From Myxococcota bacterium (GTDB taxonomy: Bacteria > Myxococcota_A > UBA9160 > JAFDDA01): a DNA stretch of 64,000 nucleotides. How positions within the stretch are numbered: the stretch's first letter is position 1; each line of letters starts with the position of its first letter. Below the pieces are notes generated by a model. It saw only the letters and a list, made by a program, of their open reading frames with translations, made no database searches and had not been told where the DNA came from. The stretch spans positions 3,328,001-3,392,000 of the forward strand of contig OZ245817.1 in NCBI GenBank assembly GCA_965228475.1, read 5' to 3'. The position numbers and the translations under genes are program-made. This document shows, one piece after another, positions 37,008 to 47,991 of the stretch.

Positions 37008-37601
37008 ATGTCTTTCATCAACTACAGCGCTCGCGAGATCAACTGCAAGATCGTCTACTACGGCCCGGGCCTCTGCGGGAAGACGACGAACCTCCAGTTC
37101 ATCTACAACCGCACCAACCCCGAGGTGAAGGGGAAGATGATCTCCCTCGCCACGGAGACCGAGCGGACGCTCTTCTTCGACTTCCTGCCGCTGGCGCTCG
37201 GCGAGATCCGCGGCTTCAAGACGCGCTTCCACCTGTATACGGTGCCCGGCCAGGTCTTCTACGACGCCAGCCGCAAGCTCATCCTGAAGGGCGTGGACGG
37301 CGTGGTGTTCGTGGCCGACAGCCAGGTCGAGCGCATGGAGGCGAACCTCGAGAGCCTCGACAACCTGCGGGTGAACCTCGCCGAGCAGGGCTACGACCTC
37401 GACAAGATTCCCTTCGTCATGCAGTACAACAAGCGCGACGTCCCGAACGCCGCGCCCCTCGAGGACCTGCGCAAGCAGCTGAATCCCGACGGGAAGATCC
37501 TCGACTTCGAGGCCTGCGCGACGACCGGCCAGGGCGTCTTCGAAACGCTCAAGGCCTCCGCCAAGATGATCCTGAAGGATCTGCGGAGCATGAGCCGCTA
37601 G
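37008..37601 (+). CDS. mglA: MglA small Ras-like GTPase
   Basis: [50 protein letters not shown]. Confidence 0.98.
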   Translation: MSFINYSAREINCKIVYYGPGLCGKTTNLQFIYNRTNPEVKGKMISLATETERTLFFDFLPLALGEIRGFKTRFHLYTVPGQVFYDASRKLILKGVDGVVFVADSQVERMEANLESLDNLRVNLAEQGYDLDKIPFVMQYNKRDVPNAAPLEDLRKQLNPDGKILDFEACATTGQGVFETLKASAKMILKDLRSMSR

Positions 37602-37634
37602 CGCTTCCTCGCCGAAGCGTCCGACCGGAACGCC

Positions 37635-38333
37635 TCAGAACCCGTTGATGCGAAGCCGAGGCAGGGTCTCGGCCAGCAGCGGCTCCGCGCGCACGGCCGC
37701 CCGCAGCGCCCGCGCCGCGAGCGCCGACGGCCCTGCCACGAGCACCTGGTTGTCGTAGCCCTCGATGCGGATCCGCACGCGTGCGGGGGCGATCGTGCGC
37801 AGCTCGCGGGCCAGCGCCGGGGCCTCGTCGAGGCTGTTCGTGACGAGCAGGCCTCCTCGGGCGACGCGCGCCCAGGCGTTGTGCAACCCCGGCTCGGGGT
37901 ACCACTCCGGCTTTCGCACGCCGTCGCCCTCGCCGACGAAGACGTCGTCGATCACCAGGTCGAAGCGGCGGCGCGTGGTGCGGACGTACTCGCGGGCGTC
38001 GTCGCAGACGGTGTCGATGCCGAGCTTCGCGAGACCCAGGTGCTTGCGCGCGGCGGCCAGCACCTCGCGGTCGAGCTCCACGCCGACGATCTGCGCCGCG
38101 GGAGCCAGCGCCCGCACGAGCCGCGCGGCGCTCCCACCCCCGAGGCCGAGAATGAGCACGCGGCGTCGGCGCGCCGGCGGCAGGGCGAGGATCGGGAGCG
38201 CGAGCGCGTCCCACACCGAGCCCGTCGTCACCCGGCCCGGCCGGAGGAGCGAGGCGTAGGTGTCGTCGACGCGGAGTTCGAGCCCGCCCGCCCGTTCGAC
38301 GACGCGCACCCGCGCGCTTCGAGACCGCTTCAC
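37635..38333 (-). CDS. Spermidine synthase-like SAM-dependent methyltransferase-fold protein
   Basis: VLILGLGGGS, VGVELD, DDAREYV, FDLVIDDVF; start approximate. Confidence 0.75.
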   Translation of the reverse strand: MKRSRSARVRVVERAGGLELRVDDTYASLLRPGRVTTGSVWDALALPILALPPARRRRVLILGLGGGSAARLVRALAPAAQIVGVELDREVLAAARKHLGLAKLGIDTVCDDAREYVRTTRRRFDLVIDDVFVGEGDGVRKPEWYPEPGLHNAWARVARGGLLVTNSLDEAPALARELRTIAPARVRIRIEGYDNQVLVAGPSALAARALRAAVRAEPLLAETLPRLRINGF

Positions 38334-38351
38334 CTCGTCTACACTCCCGCC

Positions 38352-40817
38352 ATGGATCTCTTCGACCAGGCGCGCCCCGCGCGCGCCGGCGTCGTTCGTG
38401 TCGCCCTGCCCGTCCCGGAAGATCGCCTCTTCGACTACGCGGTGCCGCCCGCGCTGGCCGAGGACGCCGAGCCCGGGCGGCGCGCCCTCGTCCCCTTCGG
38501 CCGCCGCCGCCTGACGGGCGTGATCGTCGAGACCGCCGAGGCGCCGAGCCCGGAAGCCCGCGGGAAGTTGCGCTCCCTCGAGCAGATCGTCGACCCCGAA
38601 CCCGCCCTGCCGGCCGAACTGCTCGAGATCCTGCGCGCCGAGGCGGAGTCCGTCCTCTGCCCGCTCGGCATCGCCCTGGCGGCGGCCCTGCCCGCGGGCT
38701 CGGTGCCGAAGACCGTCGAGCAGCTCGAAATCACCGAGCGCGGACGGCGCGCCCTCGCGGCGCGCGCCGCGAGCGGAGAACTCGGTGCGTTCCTCGAAGC
38801 CCTCCGCGAGCGGCCGATGGCCCGCCGGGAAGCCACACGCCGCTTCCCGGCCTCCGCCGATCGACTCGCGGGCTGGGAGCAGGAAGGGCTCGTCCGCCGG
38901 AGCCACGGACTCCGGCGCGCCACCGCGCGCGAGGCGACCCGGCGCACCGTGGCCGTGGCGCCGGGCGTCGACGTCGCGGCCGCCTGTGAGGGTCCGCTCG
39001 CGCGCGCGCATCGACGCGCGGACCTCCTGCGCCACCTGGCCGACGTCGGGCCGAGCGACGTCCTCGGCCTGCGCGACGTCTTCCCGACCGCCCCGACGCT
39101 CGTCCGCGAACTCGCCCGGGGCGGCTTCGTCGAGCTCGGCACCCGGCGTGCCCCGCGCTCGGTCCTCGAAGGCACGCCCGAAGCGGACCAACGCGTCACC
39201 CTGACCCCGGAGCAGGAGGACGCCCTCGGCCACATCAACGGCGCGGTCCGCGCGAACCGCTTCGAACGCTTCCTCCTGCACGGCGTCACCGGGAGCGGCA
39301 AGACCGAGGTCTACCTCCGGGCCGTCGCCGCCACGCTCGCGGCGAAGCGGCAGGCGCTCATTCTCGTCCCCGAGATCACCCTCACGCACCAGATCGTCGC
39401 GCGCCTGCGCGGCCGCTTCGGCGACCGCATGGCGGTGCTGCACAGCGGCCTGTCCCCGAGTGAACGGCTCGAACAGTGGCAGCGGCTGCGGCGCGGCGAG
39501 GTCCCGATCGCCGTCGGCGCGCGCTCCGCGATCTTCGCGCCCCTCGAACGGCTCGGCCTCATCGTGATCGACGAGGAGCACGACGGCGCCTACAAGAACG
39601 ACGAAGGCTTCCGCTACCACGCGCGAAGCATCGCGGCCCGGCGCGGAGAACGCGCCGGCTGCCCGGTCGTGCTCGGCAGCGCCACGCCCGCCCTCGAGAC
39701 GCGCCACGCCGCCGACACCGGCGAGTGGCGACGCCTCGCCCTCCCCCGCCGCATCGGCGGGCGGCCCCTGCCGGCCGTCGAGATCGTGGACCTCGCCGCC
39801 GAGCGCGCCGCGGCGCCGCGCGGCCGCAAGCTCATCCTCTCGGCCCCGCTCCGCCGCGCCCTGCGCAGCACGCTGGACGAAGGCGGCCAGACGATCCTCT
39901 TCCTGAACCGCCGCGGCTTCTCGACCAAGGTCCTGTGCTTCGATTGCGGCCATGCCGAGCACTGCAAGCACTGCGACATCTCGCTCGTCTTCCACGCCGC
40001 GGCGGACACCCTGCGCTGCCACTACTGCGGCTACGAGATGGCGCCGCCGCGCGCCTGCACCGGATGCGGCGCCCCGGAGACGGCGCTCCTCGGGCTCGGC
40101 ACCGAGCGCCTCGAGGAAGAGGTCCGCGCGGAGTTCCCGGACGCCCGGGTCGCGCGCCTCGACCGCGACGTGGCCCGCCGCAAGGGCGCCATCCAGGAGA
40201 GGCTCCGCTCCCTGCGCGAGAACGAGCTCGACGTGCTGATCGGGACGCAGATGGTCGCCAAGGGGCACGACTACCCGGGCGTGCGGCTCGTCGGGGTCGT
40301 CGCCGCCGACCTCGCGCTCCACCTTCCGGACTTCCGTGCGGCCGAGCGGACCTTCCAGCTGCTGACCCAGGTGGCCGGCCGCGCCGGGCGCGGCAGCTCC
40401 CCCGGGCGCGTCGTGCTCCAGACCTTCGTCCCGGACCACTTCGCCATCGAGCCCGTGCGCACCCACGACTACGAGCGCTTCTACGCCACCGAGCTCGAGA
40501 CCCGCCGCAGCCTCGGCTACCCGCCCTTCGGCCACCTCGCACACACCGTCGTGTCGGGCCCGGCCGACGAGGAAACCCGGCAGTGCGCCGAGAAGCTCGC
40601 GGAGCTCGCGCGGGCGGCGGCACCTGCGGCGGAGGTACTCGGCCCGGCGCCGGCCCCCCTGGCCCGCCTGCGGGACCGCTATCGCCACCAGATCCTGGTG
40701 AAGAGTGGCGATGCGGAGGCCGTGCGCCTCGCGGCGCAAGCGCTGCTCGAAGGCGCCCGCCGGCTGCGATCTCCGCTCGCCGCGCACGTCGACCTCCATC
40801 CGATCAACATGCTATAG
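38352..40817 (+). CDS. priA: Primosomal protein N'
   Basis: GVTGSGKT, DEEHD, GSATP, LNRRGF, Cys-rich zinc region, GTQMVAKGHD, QVAGRAGR. Confidence 0.98.
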   Translation: MDLFDQARPARAGVVRVALPVPEDRLFDYAVPPALAEDAEPGRRALVPFGRRRLTGVIVETAEAPSPEARGKLRSLEQIVDPEPALPAELLEILRAEAESVLCPLGIALAAALPAGSVPKTVEQLEITERGRRALAARAASGELGAFLEALRERPMARREATRRFPASADRLAGWEQEGLVRRSHGLRRATAREATRRTVAVAPGVDVAAACEGPLARAHRRADLLRHLADVGPSDVLGLRDVFPTAPTLVRELARGGFVELGTRRAPRSVLEGTPEADQRVTLTPEQEDALGHINGAVRANRFERFLLHGVTGSGKTEVYLRAVAATLAAKRQALILVPEITLTHQIVARLRGRFGDRMAVLHSGLSPSERLEQWQRLRRGEVPIAVGARSAIFAPLERLGLIVIDEEHDGAYKNDEGFRYHARSIAARRGERAGCPVVLGSATPALETRHAADTGEWRRLALPRRIGGRPLPAVEIVDLAAERAAAPRGRKLILSAPLRRALRSTLDEGGQTILFLNRRGFSTKVLCFDCGHAEHCKHCDISLVFHAAADTLRCHYCGYEMAPPRACTGCGAPETALLGLGTERLEEEVRAEFPDARVARLDRDVARRKGAIQERLRSLRENELDVLIGTQMVAKGHDYPGVRLVGVVAADLALHLPDFRAAERTFQLLTQVAGRAGRGSSPGRVVLQTFVPDHFAIEPVRTHDYERFYATELETRRSLGYPPFGHLAHTVVSGPADEETRQCAEKLAELARAAAPAAEVLGPAPAPLARLRDRYRHQILVKSGDAEAVRLAAQALLEGARRLRSPLAAHVDLHPINML

Positions 40818-40826
40818 ACCTCGGCG

Positions 40827-41357
40827 ATGGCCCTTCGCGAAGTCCTGCAGTTCCCCGACCCGCGCTTGAAGCGCATCTCGGAGCCCGTCGGCGAGATCAC
40901 CGACGAGATCCGCGAGCTCGCCGCCGACATGTGCGAGGTGATGTACGACGAGCCGGGCATCGGACTCGCCGCACCCCAGGTCGGCGAAGCGATCCGGCTC
41001 GTGGTCGTCGATACCGAGTGGACCGAGGACGGCGCGGACCGCAACCCGCTCGTGCTGGTGAACCCGGAGATCGTCGAGAAGGAAGGGCGCATCACCTGGA
41101 CGGAAGGCTGCCTCTCCGTCCCGGACTACACGGCGGACGTCGAACGCGCCTCGCGCGTGAAGCTCAAGGCAACGGACCTCGAAGGCAACCCGGTCGAGAT
41201 CGACGCCGAGGAGCTCCAGGCCGTCTGCTTCCAGCACGAACTCGACCATCTCGACGGCGTCCTGTTCATCGACCGCATCAGCCGCCTCAAGCGGAGCCTC
41301 TACGTGCAGAAGCGCAAGAAGGCCCTGCGCGAGGAGGCCGAGGCGAACGCGCTCTGA
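40827..41357 (+). CDS. def: Peptide deformylase
   Basis: GIGLAAPQVG, EGCLS, QHELDHLDG. Confidence 0.98.
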   Translation: MALREVLQFPDPRLKRISEPVGEITDEIRELAADMCEVMYDEPGIGLAAPQVGEAIRLVVVDTEWTEDGADRNPLVLVNPEIVEKEGRITWTEGCLSVPDYTADVERASRVKLKATDLEGNPVEIDAEELQAVCFQHELDHLDGVLFIDRISRLKRSLYVQKRKKALREEAEANAL

Positions 41358-42382
41358 CCGCCGCGCCCCGCCCGCTGCGGCTCGTCTTCTTCGGCACGCC
41401 GGACTTCGCCGTCCCGACCCTCCGGCGCCTCCTCGAAGGCCCGCACGAGGTCGTCGCCGTCGTGAGCCAGCCCGACCGAGGACGCGGCCGGGGCCGCAAG
41501 CGCACGCCGAGCCCGGTGGCCGCCGTCGCGCTCGAGCACGGCCTGCCGCTCTACCGGCCGGAGCGGGTCGGCGAGCCGGAGATGGCCGAGACGCTCCGGG
41601 GCCACGCGCCCGACGTCGGCGTGGTCGTGGCCTTCGGCCAGTTCCTGCCCAAGCGCATCCGCGAACTTCCGGCGCAGGGCTTCCTCGTGAACGCCCACGC
41701 GAGCCTCCTCCCCCGGCACCGGGGCGCCGCGCCCATCGCCCACGCGATCCTGGCCGGCGACGCGACGACCGGCGTCTGTGCCATGCGCGTCGACAAGGAG
41801 ATGGACGCGGGCCCGGTCTGCGCGCGGCGCGAGACGCCGATCGGACCGGAAGAGAACACGGGCGAGCTCACGGAACGGCTCTCCCACCTGGCTGCCGACG
41901 TGATCGGGGAAGCCCTCGATGCCGCGGCGCGCGGGCCCCTCGAGTGGGTCGAGCAGGACGCGGCGCGCGCCACCCACGCCCCGCGCATCGAACGCGACGA
42001 CGCCCGGCTCGATTGGAGCGAAGACGCCGAAGGGCTCGTCCGCCGGATCCGCGCCATGGCCCCGAAGCCCGGGGCCTTCACCGAGCGCGCGACGGACTCT
42101 GGCCACGAGCCGCTCCGCATCCTCGCGGCCGCGGCCGAAGCCAGCGACGGCGGCTCGGGTGCGTCGGACGAACCGGGGACCGTCTCGCTCCTCGAAGGCC
42201 GGCCCCGCATCGCCACCGGGCGCGGCTGGCTCGTTCCCTCGATCCTTCAGCGGGCCGGGGCACGAGCCCTCGACGTCGACGACTTCCAGCGAGGCCGCGG
42301 CCTCGAGCCCGGCGAGCGGCTCGGTGAGCAACCCGGCGGGAAGCCGGGCGAGCCGCTCGGTTCGCCGGCGAAGCTCGGTTAG
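41354..42382 (+). CDS. fmt: Methionyl-tRNA formyltransferase (apparent CTG start)
   Basis: RLVFFGTPDFA, SQPDR, VVAFGQ, NAHASLLPRHRGAAPI, MDAG; between def and rsmB; no nearby canonical start codon. Confidence 0.93.
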   Translation: MTAAPRPLRLVFFGTPDFAVPTLRRLLEGPHEVVAVVSQPDRGRGRGRKRTPSPVAAVALEHGLPLYRPERVGEPEMAETLRGHAPDVGVVVAFGQFLPKRIRELPAQGFLVNAHASLLPRHRGAAPIAHAILAGDATTGVCAMRVDKEMDAGPVCARRETPIGPEENTGELTERLSHLAADVIGEALDAAARGPLEWVEQDAARATHAPRIERDDARLDWSEDAEGLVRRIRAMAPKPGAFTERATDSGHEPLRILAAAAEASDGGSGASDEPGTVSLLEGRPRIATGRGWLVPSILQRAGARALDVDDFQRGRGLEPGERLGEQPGGKPGEPLGSPAKLG

Positions 42383-42391
42383 CATCCGGCC

Positions 42392-43837
42392 ATGGCGGGA
42401 CGAGACGGCAACGGCGGCGGCAAGCGCGGCGGCGGGAGACCCCACCGCGGACGCCCCCGCGACCGCGACAGCGGCGGGCGGCGCCGCGCGACGCCCACCC
42501 GCGCCCGCCTGCTCGCCGTGCGCGTCCTCGAACGCATCGAGCGCACGCGCGCCTACGCGGACCTCGCCCTCCACGGCGCCCTCGCCCGAAGCGACCTCCC
42601 GGCCCAGGACCGCGCCCTCGCGACGGAGCTCGTCTACGGCACCTTGCGCTGGCGCGGGAGCCTCGACTACCGGCTCTCGAACGTGCTCGACCGCGACCTC
42701 GGCAAGCTCGAGCCCGTCGTCCTCTCGATCCTGCGCACGGCGGCCTACCAGATCACCCGCACCCGCATCCCGGTCTCGGCGGCCGTCGACCAGGCTGTGC
42801 GCTGCTCGCGCGCGGCCGGCGCTTCGCGGGCTTCGGGGCTCGTGAATGCCGTCCTCCGCCGGCTCGCCGAAGCCAAGGATTCGATGGTCTGGCCCGACCC
42901 CGCCGACGACCCGGTCGGCCACATGACCCACGCCCTCTCGATGCCGGGCTGGATCGCCGAGCGCTGGATCGAACACTTCGGCGCCGAGGAAGCCATCGCG
43001 GTCGCGGCCGCCTCGAACGAAGTTCCGCCCCGGACGGTGCGCGTGAACCGCCAGAAGAGCGACCCCGAGACGCTGCTCGAAGCCCTCCGCCCCCACCACC
43101 CGGGCGCGCGCCGCTGCCGCTTCGCTCCCGACGGCCTCGTGCTCGACCAGCGCGGCCACCCGGGGAGCGACCCGCTCTTCCTCGAAGGCGCCTACACCGT
43201 GCAGGACGAAGCGTCCCAGCTCGTGGTGGAGCTGCTCGACCCGCAGCCCGGGGAGAGCGTCCTCGACGCCTGCTCGGCACCGGGCGCCAAGGCCACGGCC
43301 ATCGCCGAGCGCGTCGGCGAAGAGGGCCGCGTGATGGCCCTCGACCGACACCCGCGACGCCTCGGCCTCGTGCGCCGCGACGCCCGCCGGCTCGGCCTCG
43401 CCACCCGCATCGAAACCCTCGAGCGCGACGCCTCGAAGCCCCTCGGCGACCTCGGGAGCTTCGACCGCGTGCTCGTCGACGCGCCCTGCTCGGGGCTCGG
43501 CACGCTCCGCCGCAACCCGGACGCGCGCTGGCGCATCCAGCCCAAGGACATCGACCGCCTCGCCGCGGTCCAGACCGCGATCCTCCGCCAGGCGGCGGCC
43601 CAGGTCGTTGCGGGCGGCACCCTCGTCTACAGTACGTGCACGATCCTCCCAGAGGAGAACGAAGCCGTGATCGATGCCTTCCTGAGCGTGGAGACGGGCT
43701 TCCGGCGCGTCCCGGCCGCGGACGTCTCCCCCGCCGTCGCACCCGTGCTGGGCGAAGACGGCGCCCTGCGAACCCTGCCCCATCAGTACGAGACCGACGG
43801 CTTCTTCGCCGCGCGGCTCGTTCGGGAGCCCTCATGA
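42392..43837 (+). CDS. rsmB: 16S rRNA m5C967 methyltransferase
   Basis: NusB-like N-domain, VQDEASQ, DACSAPGAK, DAPCSGLG, YSTCT. Confidence 0.96.
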   Translation: MAGRDGNGGGKRGGGRPHRGRPRDRDSGGRRRATPTRARLLAVRVLERIERTRAYADLALHGALARSDLPAQDRALATELVYGTLRWRGSLDYRLSNVLDRDLGKLEPVVLSILRTAAYQITRTRIPVSAAVDQAVRCSRAAGASRASGLVNAVLRRLAEAKDSMVWPDPADDPVGHMTHALSMPGWIAERWIEHFGAEEAIAVAAASNEVPPRTVRVNRQKSDPETLLEALRPHHPGARRCRFAPDGLVLDQRGHPGSDPLFLEGAYTVQDEASQLVVELLDPQPGESVLDACSAPGAKATAIAERVGEEGRVMALDRHPRRLGLVRRDARRLGLATRIETLERDASKPLGDLGSFDRVLVDAPCSGLGTLRRNPDARWRIQPKDIDRLAAVQTAILRQAAAQVVAGGTLVYSTCTILPEENEAVIDAFLSVETGFRRVPAADVSPAVAPVLGEDGALRTLPHQYETDGFFAARLVREPS

Positions 43838-44499
43838 GCCGCGTCCTGATCGCCCCTTCGATCCTCGCCGCCGACTTCGGCCACCTCGCGGACGAGATCG
43901 CCGCCGTCGAGGCGGGGGGCGCCGACTGGATCCACGTCGACGTCATGGACGGCCGCTTCGTGCCGAACATCACCCTCGGCCCGGTGGTGGTGGAAGCCGC
44001 CCGGCGCGCCACCGACCTCCCGCTCGACGTCCACCTGATGATCGAGGAGCCGGAGCGCTACATCGGGGATTTCGTCAAAGCGGGCGCGGCGACCGTCGGC
44101 GTCCACGTCGAGACCTGCCCGCACCTGCACCGGACCGTGGCCCAGATCCGCGAGGCCGGCGCCCGCGCCTGCGTCGTGCTGAACCCGGGAACGCCGGCGG
44201 AGCTCGTGCGGCCGGTCCTGCCCGAGGCGGACCAGGTCCTCGTGATGAGCGTGAACCCGGGCTTCGGCGGCCAGCGCTTCATCGAGGCTTCGCTCGACAA
44301 GATCGCCACCTTGCGCGGCTGGATCGACGAGTCCGGGCTCGAGGTCGACCTCGAGGTCGACGGCGGGATCGCGCGCGGCACCGCGGGCCGGGCCGCCGCG
44401 GCGGGCGCCAACGTGCTCGTCGCCGGAAGCGCCGTCTTCTCCGAGAAGGACTACGGCGCCGCGATCGAAGGCCTTCGAAAAGAGGCCGAAAGCGCCTGA
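43834..44499 (+). CDS. rpe: Ribulose-phosphate 3-epimerase
   Basis: IAPSILAADF, HVDVMDGRFVPN, DVHLMI, MSVNPGFGGQ, VDGG. Confidence 0.98.
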   Translation: MSRVLIAPSILAADFGHLADEIAAVEAGGADWIHVDVMDGRFVPNITLGPVVVEAARRATDLPLDVHLMIEEPERYIGDFVKAGAATVGVHVETCPHLHRTVAQIREAGARACVVLNPGTPAELVRPVLPEADQVLVMSVNPGFGGQRFIEASLDKIATLRGWIDESGLEVDLEVDGGIARGTAGRAAAAGANVLVAGSAVFSEKDYGAAIEGLRKEAESA

Positions 44500-44548
44500 A
44501 CCGCGCGCTCCCTAGGAAAAGACCCGCCGCTCTGGTAGAAGGATCCCC

Positions 44549-45415
44549 ATGAATCCTTCGCCGCGCCGGTCCTCTGCCTTCCTTCTCCCCCTGCTGTTCG
44601 CGCTGCTCGTCCCCGCCGCCCCCGGCCCGGCCCGCGCGGATGCCGTCCCGGGCGCCTTCCCGGAAGATGCCCTGCCCGAAGACGCGCTCCTCTCCGGGGA
44701 GGAGATCTACCGGCGCGTCCTGAAGAACCGCCTGCGCTCGTACGAGCAGCGCACCCGCGTCGTCTCCGGCGACCGCGGCGGCTCGGAGCAGGAAAGCCAG
44801 ATGACGGTCCAGTACATGAGCTTCCGCAACGATGCGGACGAGGCCGTCGGGGGCATCCACTCGAAGACGCGGCTCGAGTACGAGAAGCCCTTCGACCTGC
44901 GCTTCACGTCCTACCTGGTGATCGACAAGGAAGGCGCGACGAACGATCAGTTCGTCTACCTGCCGACCTACCGGCGCGTGCGCCGCGTGAACCTGCGCGG
45001 CGAGGCCGTCTTCGGCTCGGACTTCAGCTTCGAAGACGTGCTCCCGCGTGAGCTCGAGGACGCCACCTACGACCGCCTGCCCGATCGCAACATCGACGGC
45101 GTGCCCTGCTTCGTGGTCGAGGCGATCCCCCAGGCGACCGCCAACTCCGAATACTCGCGCTTCATCTTCGCCGTGGAGAAGGAGCGCTACGTGCCGCTCC
45201 ACATCCGCTACTGGAACGAGGCCGGCGTCTTCTTCAAGGAGCTCCACGCGGACTACGACTCGATCACCCGGTTCGACACGGCGTGGATCCCGATGCGTTC
45301 GACCATGAAGAACCTGCTCCAGGACAGCTGGTCGCGGCTCTTCATCGACGAGCTTCAGCCGAACCCGAAGTTCTCGAAGGCGATCTTCTCGCTGCGAGGC
45401 CTCGAGGGGCGCTAG
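44549..45415 (+). CDS. Outer membrane lipoprotein-sorting (LolA-like) periplasmic protein
   Basis: Signal peptide; DQFVYLPTYRRVRRV, FGSDFSFED, SEYSR; adjacent to an MMPL/RND exporter. Confidence 0.8.
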   Translation: MNPSPRRSSAFLLPLLFALLVPAAPGPARADAVPGAFPEDALPEDALLSGEEIYRRVLKNRLRSYEQRTRVVSGDRGGSEQESQMTVQYMSFRNDADEAVGGIHSKTRLEYEKPFDLRFTSYLVIDKEGATNDQFVYLPTYRRVRRVNLRGEAVFGSDFSFEDVLPRELEDATYDRLPDRNIDGVPCFVVEAIPQATANSEYSRFIFAVEKERYVPLHIRYWNEAGVFFKELHADYDSITRFDTAWIPMRSTMKNLLQDSWSRLFIDELQPNPKFSKAIFSLRGLEGR

Positions 45416-45422
45416 GCGGCGT

Positions 45423-47792
45423 TCAGCGCCGGAATCGCACGAGAAGCGCCGGGAGCAGGACCAGGTCCGAGAGCATGCAGATGGCCATGGTCGTGGCGGC
45501 GAGCAGGCCGAACTGGCGGAGCGTGGCGAAGCCCGAGAGCGCGACGACCCCGAAGCCGACGCACAGCATGACGGTCGCGATCGCCACCGGCCGCCCGACC
45601 GTCCGCGTCGCCGTCTCGATCGCGGCTTCGACCGGCACCCCGGCGTCGCGCTCGCGGCGGTAGCGCACGACGTAGTGCACGGTCCCGTCGATGGCGATGC
45701 CGAGGACGATGCTCCCGATGAGGCTCGTCGGCAGCGAGAGCGGGGCGACCCCCGCTCCGAGCAGGCCGAAGAAGAGCGCGACGGGCACGAGGTTCGGGAT
45801 CATCACCAGCCAGCCGAGCCGGAACGAACGGAAGGTCCACCAGACGACGGCGAAGATCGCGAGCCCCGCGGCGGCGACCGTGCGCGGCTGGGCCTCGGCC
45901 ACACCGTCCGCGCTGCGCGCGATCAGGACCGTGTTGCCCGTGACCGCCGTGGCGGCCACGCCCGGCAGCGGGACCTCCGCGACCACGGCCTCGATTCGCG
46001 CCACGAGGTCCCGCACCGCCGCCGAGCCGATCTCACCCGTGCGCACGACGAGGTTCGCCCGCGAGTGGTCGAGGTTCACGAAGCGGGCGAGGTCGCCCTT
46101 CGGGACGAGGAAGAGGAGCTCCATCACGCCGGGGCGGCTGTCGGGCAGGACCTCGGCGGCCGGGTCGCCGCCCGAGAACGCGCGGTTCAGGCGGCGCAGG
46201 GTGTCGACGAAGGTCGTGGCGTGACTCACGCCCGGCAGCTCCGCCAGGCGGTGCTGCAACGTCTCGAGGGCGGCCAGCGTCGCCGGCTCCCGGAAGGTGC
46301 CCTTCCCTTCGCCCTCGAGGGTCACGTAAACCGGGATGGCGCCGGCCAGGAGCCGGTTCACCGCCTCGAAGTCCGTCCGCACCGGCGCGCGCTCCGAGAA
46401 GAAGGAGAGGAAGTCCGTGTCGACCGCGATGCGCGGCAGCATGGCCAGGGCCAGCGCCGTGGAGAGGGCCCAGGCGGCGAGAAGGGGCGAGGGCCGGCGC
46501 GCCACCGCCCGGCCAAGGCGGCCGAGGGCGCCGTCGAGCCAGCGCTCGATGCGCTTCGCCCGGGGGGCCGCGACCGCCCGCGTCGGGCGCGCCAGCCAGG
46601 CCGGGACGAAGGTCAGCGAGAGCACCGTGATCGCGGCGACGCCGAGCACCGAGAACGCGCCGAGTTCGCGCACGGCCGGGACGTCCGAGATGCCGAGGGC
46701 CGCGAAGCCGACCCCGGTGGTGAGCCCGGCGATGCTGACCGGAAGCCTCACGTGTTCGAGGCAGCGCCGGGCCCGCTCGGGCGCCGGCGCTTCGGGCGCG
46801 GCCTCGCACTCCTCGTCGAAGCGCGTCAGCACGTGGACGCCGTAGACGCTTCCGACGGCGATCAGCACCGGCGCGAGCAGCGTGGTCAGGACGGTCAGCG
46901 GTTTGCCGAGCGCCGCCATCGCGCCGAAGGTCCAGAGCGTCGCCAGCACGACGGTGCCGAGCGGAAGGAAGACGCCGCGCGCCGTTCCCGTCAGGACGAA
47001 GAGCACGGCTGCGAGCGCGAGCAGTCCGCCCGGGATCAGCACGGTCAGGTCGCGCAGCATCCAGTGGTAGACGCGCGCCTTCACGTGGGGACGGCCCGCG
47101 ATGTAGAAGCGCCGGTCCGGCGCCGCCTCGGCCGCCACCACCGCCGCGATCGCTTCGTCGATGCCCGAAGCGATGAAGTCCGCGTCGCTCATCTTGCGGA
47201 AGGCCACGTTCAAGGCGGCCGTCCGCGCGTCCGCGGAGACGAGCGTCTTGCGGTAGAGCGGGTTCGCGAGCGCACGCTCGCGCAGCTCGGCGAGCGCCGC
47301 GGGCTCGGCCGGGACGTCCTCGATGAACGGCCGGACCTCGATCCAATCCTCTTCTTCGACGTAGCGGAAGGAGGTGACGTCGGCGAGATGCGTCACCCCG
47401 GTCACCCCGGGCAGGCGGGCCACGGCGTGACCGATGCGGCGGAGCGTCTCGAGGTGGCGCGGCTCGAAGACGCCTTCCGTCTCCATCGCGATCACGAAGA
47501 CCTCGTCGTCCCCGAAGTCGCGCACGGCCCGTTGGTAGTGCTCCCGGCCCGGGTCGCCGAGCGGGAGCATCGGCTCGGTCGAGGGGTCGATGCGAAGGCG
47601 CAGGCCCGGGCCCTCGGGCCCGAGCTCGACGATGGCGCCGACGGCGGCGAGGGTCGGCAGCGCGGCCGCCAGGAGCACCCAGCGCCGCCCGCGGACGAGG
47701 GCCCCCGGAAAGCGGACGGCGAAGGCCCACGCCGCCCCGAGCAGGACCGCCGCGGCGAGGGCGAACGTCGCGATCTCGGAGTCTCCCCCCAC
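45423..47792 (-). CDS. MMPL/RND-superfamily exporter
   Basis: Two repeats of periplasmic domain + TM bundle; [35 protein letters not shown]. Confidence 0.9.
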   Translation of the reverse strand: MGGDSEIATFALAAAVLLGAAWAFAVRFPGALVRGRRWVLLAAALPTLAAVGAIVELGPEGPGLRLRIDPSTEPMLPLGDPGREHYQRAVRDFGDDEVFVIAMETEGVFEPRHLETLRRIGHAVARLPGVTGVTHLADVTSFRYVEEEDWIEVRPFIEDVPAEPAALAELRERALANPLYRKTLVSADARTAALNVAFRKMSDADFIASGIDEAIAAVVAAEAAPDRRFYIAGRPHVKARVYHWMLRDLTVLIPGGLLALAAVLFVLTGTARGVFLPLGTVVLATLWTFGAMAALGKPLTVLTTLLAPVLIAVGSVYGVHVLTRFDEECEAAPEAPAPERARRCLEHVRLPVSIAGLTTGVGFAALGISDVPAVRELGAFSVLGVAAITVLSLTFVPAWLARPTRAVAAPRAKRIERWLDGALGRLGRAVARRPSPLLAAWALSTALALAMLPRIAVDTDFLSFFSERAPVRTDFEAVNRLLAGAIPVYVTLEGEGKGTFREPATLAALETLQHRLAELPGVSHATTFVDTLRRLNRAFSGGDPAAEVLPDSRPGVMELLFLVPKGDLARFVNLDHSRANLVVRTGEIGSAAVRDLVARIEAVVAEVPLPGVAATAVTGNTVLIARSADGVAEAQPRTVAAAGLAIFAVVWWTFRSFRLGWLVMIPNLVPVALFFGLLGAGVAPLSLPTSLIGSIVLGIAIDGTVHYVVRYRRERDAGVPVEAAIETATRTVGRPVAIATVMLCVGFGVVALSGFATLRQFGLLAATTMAICMLSDLVLLPALLVRFRR

Positions 47793-47868
47793 GCAGGCGA
47801 TTCTACGCGATGGGGCGGCTGCCCGAGGCGACCCGTGGCATACTCCCGCCGCTCGCGGGAATGCGTGA

Positions 47869-47945
<77 letters not shown>

Positions 47946-47961
47946 TTCCGCCCGCGGGCCA

Positions 47962-47991
47962 GAACCCCGGTCACCTTGGTGGCCGGGGTTC
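47962..47991 (+). terminator. Hairpin terminator after tRNA-Pro
   Basis: GAACCCCGGTCACC/GGTGGCCGGGGTTC stem followed by GTCGTTT. Confidence 0.55.

Noticed and set aside
39476..41353. Apparent long N-terminal extension of Fmt (968-aa ORF)
   Set aside because: Off-frame read-through of priA and def. Fmt similarity begins only near 41354.
44549..47792. LolA-like protein plus MMPL/RND exporter as a novel system
   Set aside because: This pairing is a known recurring association, and no further components are present here.
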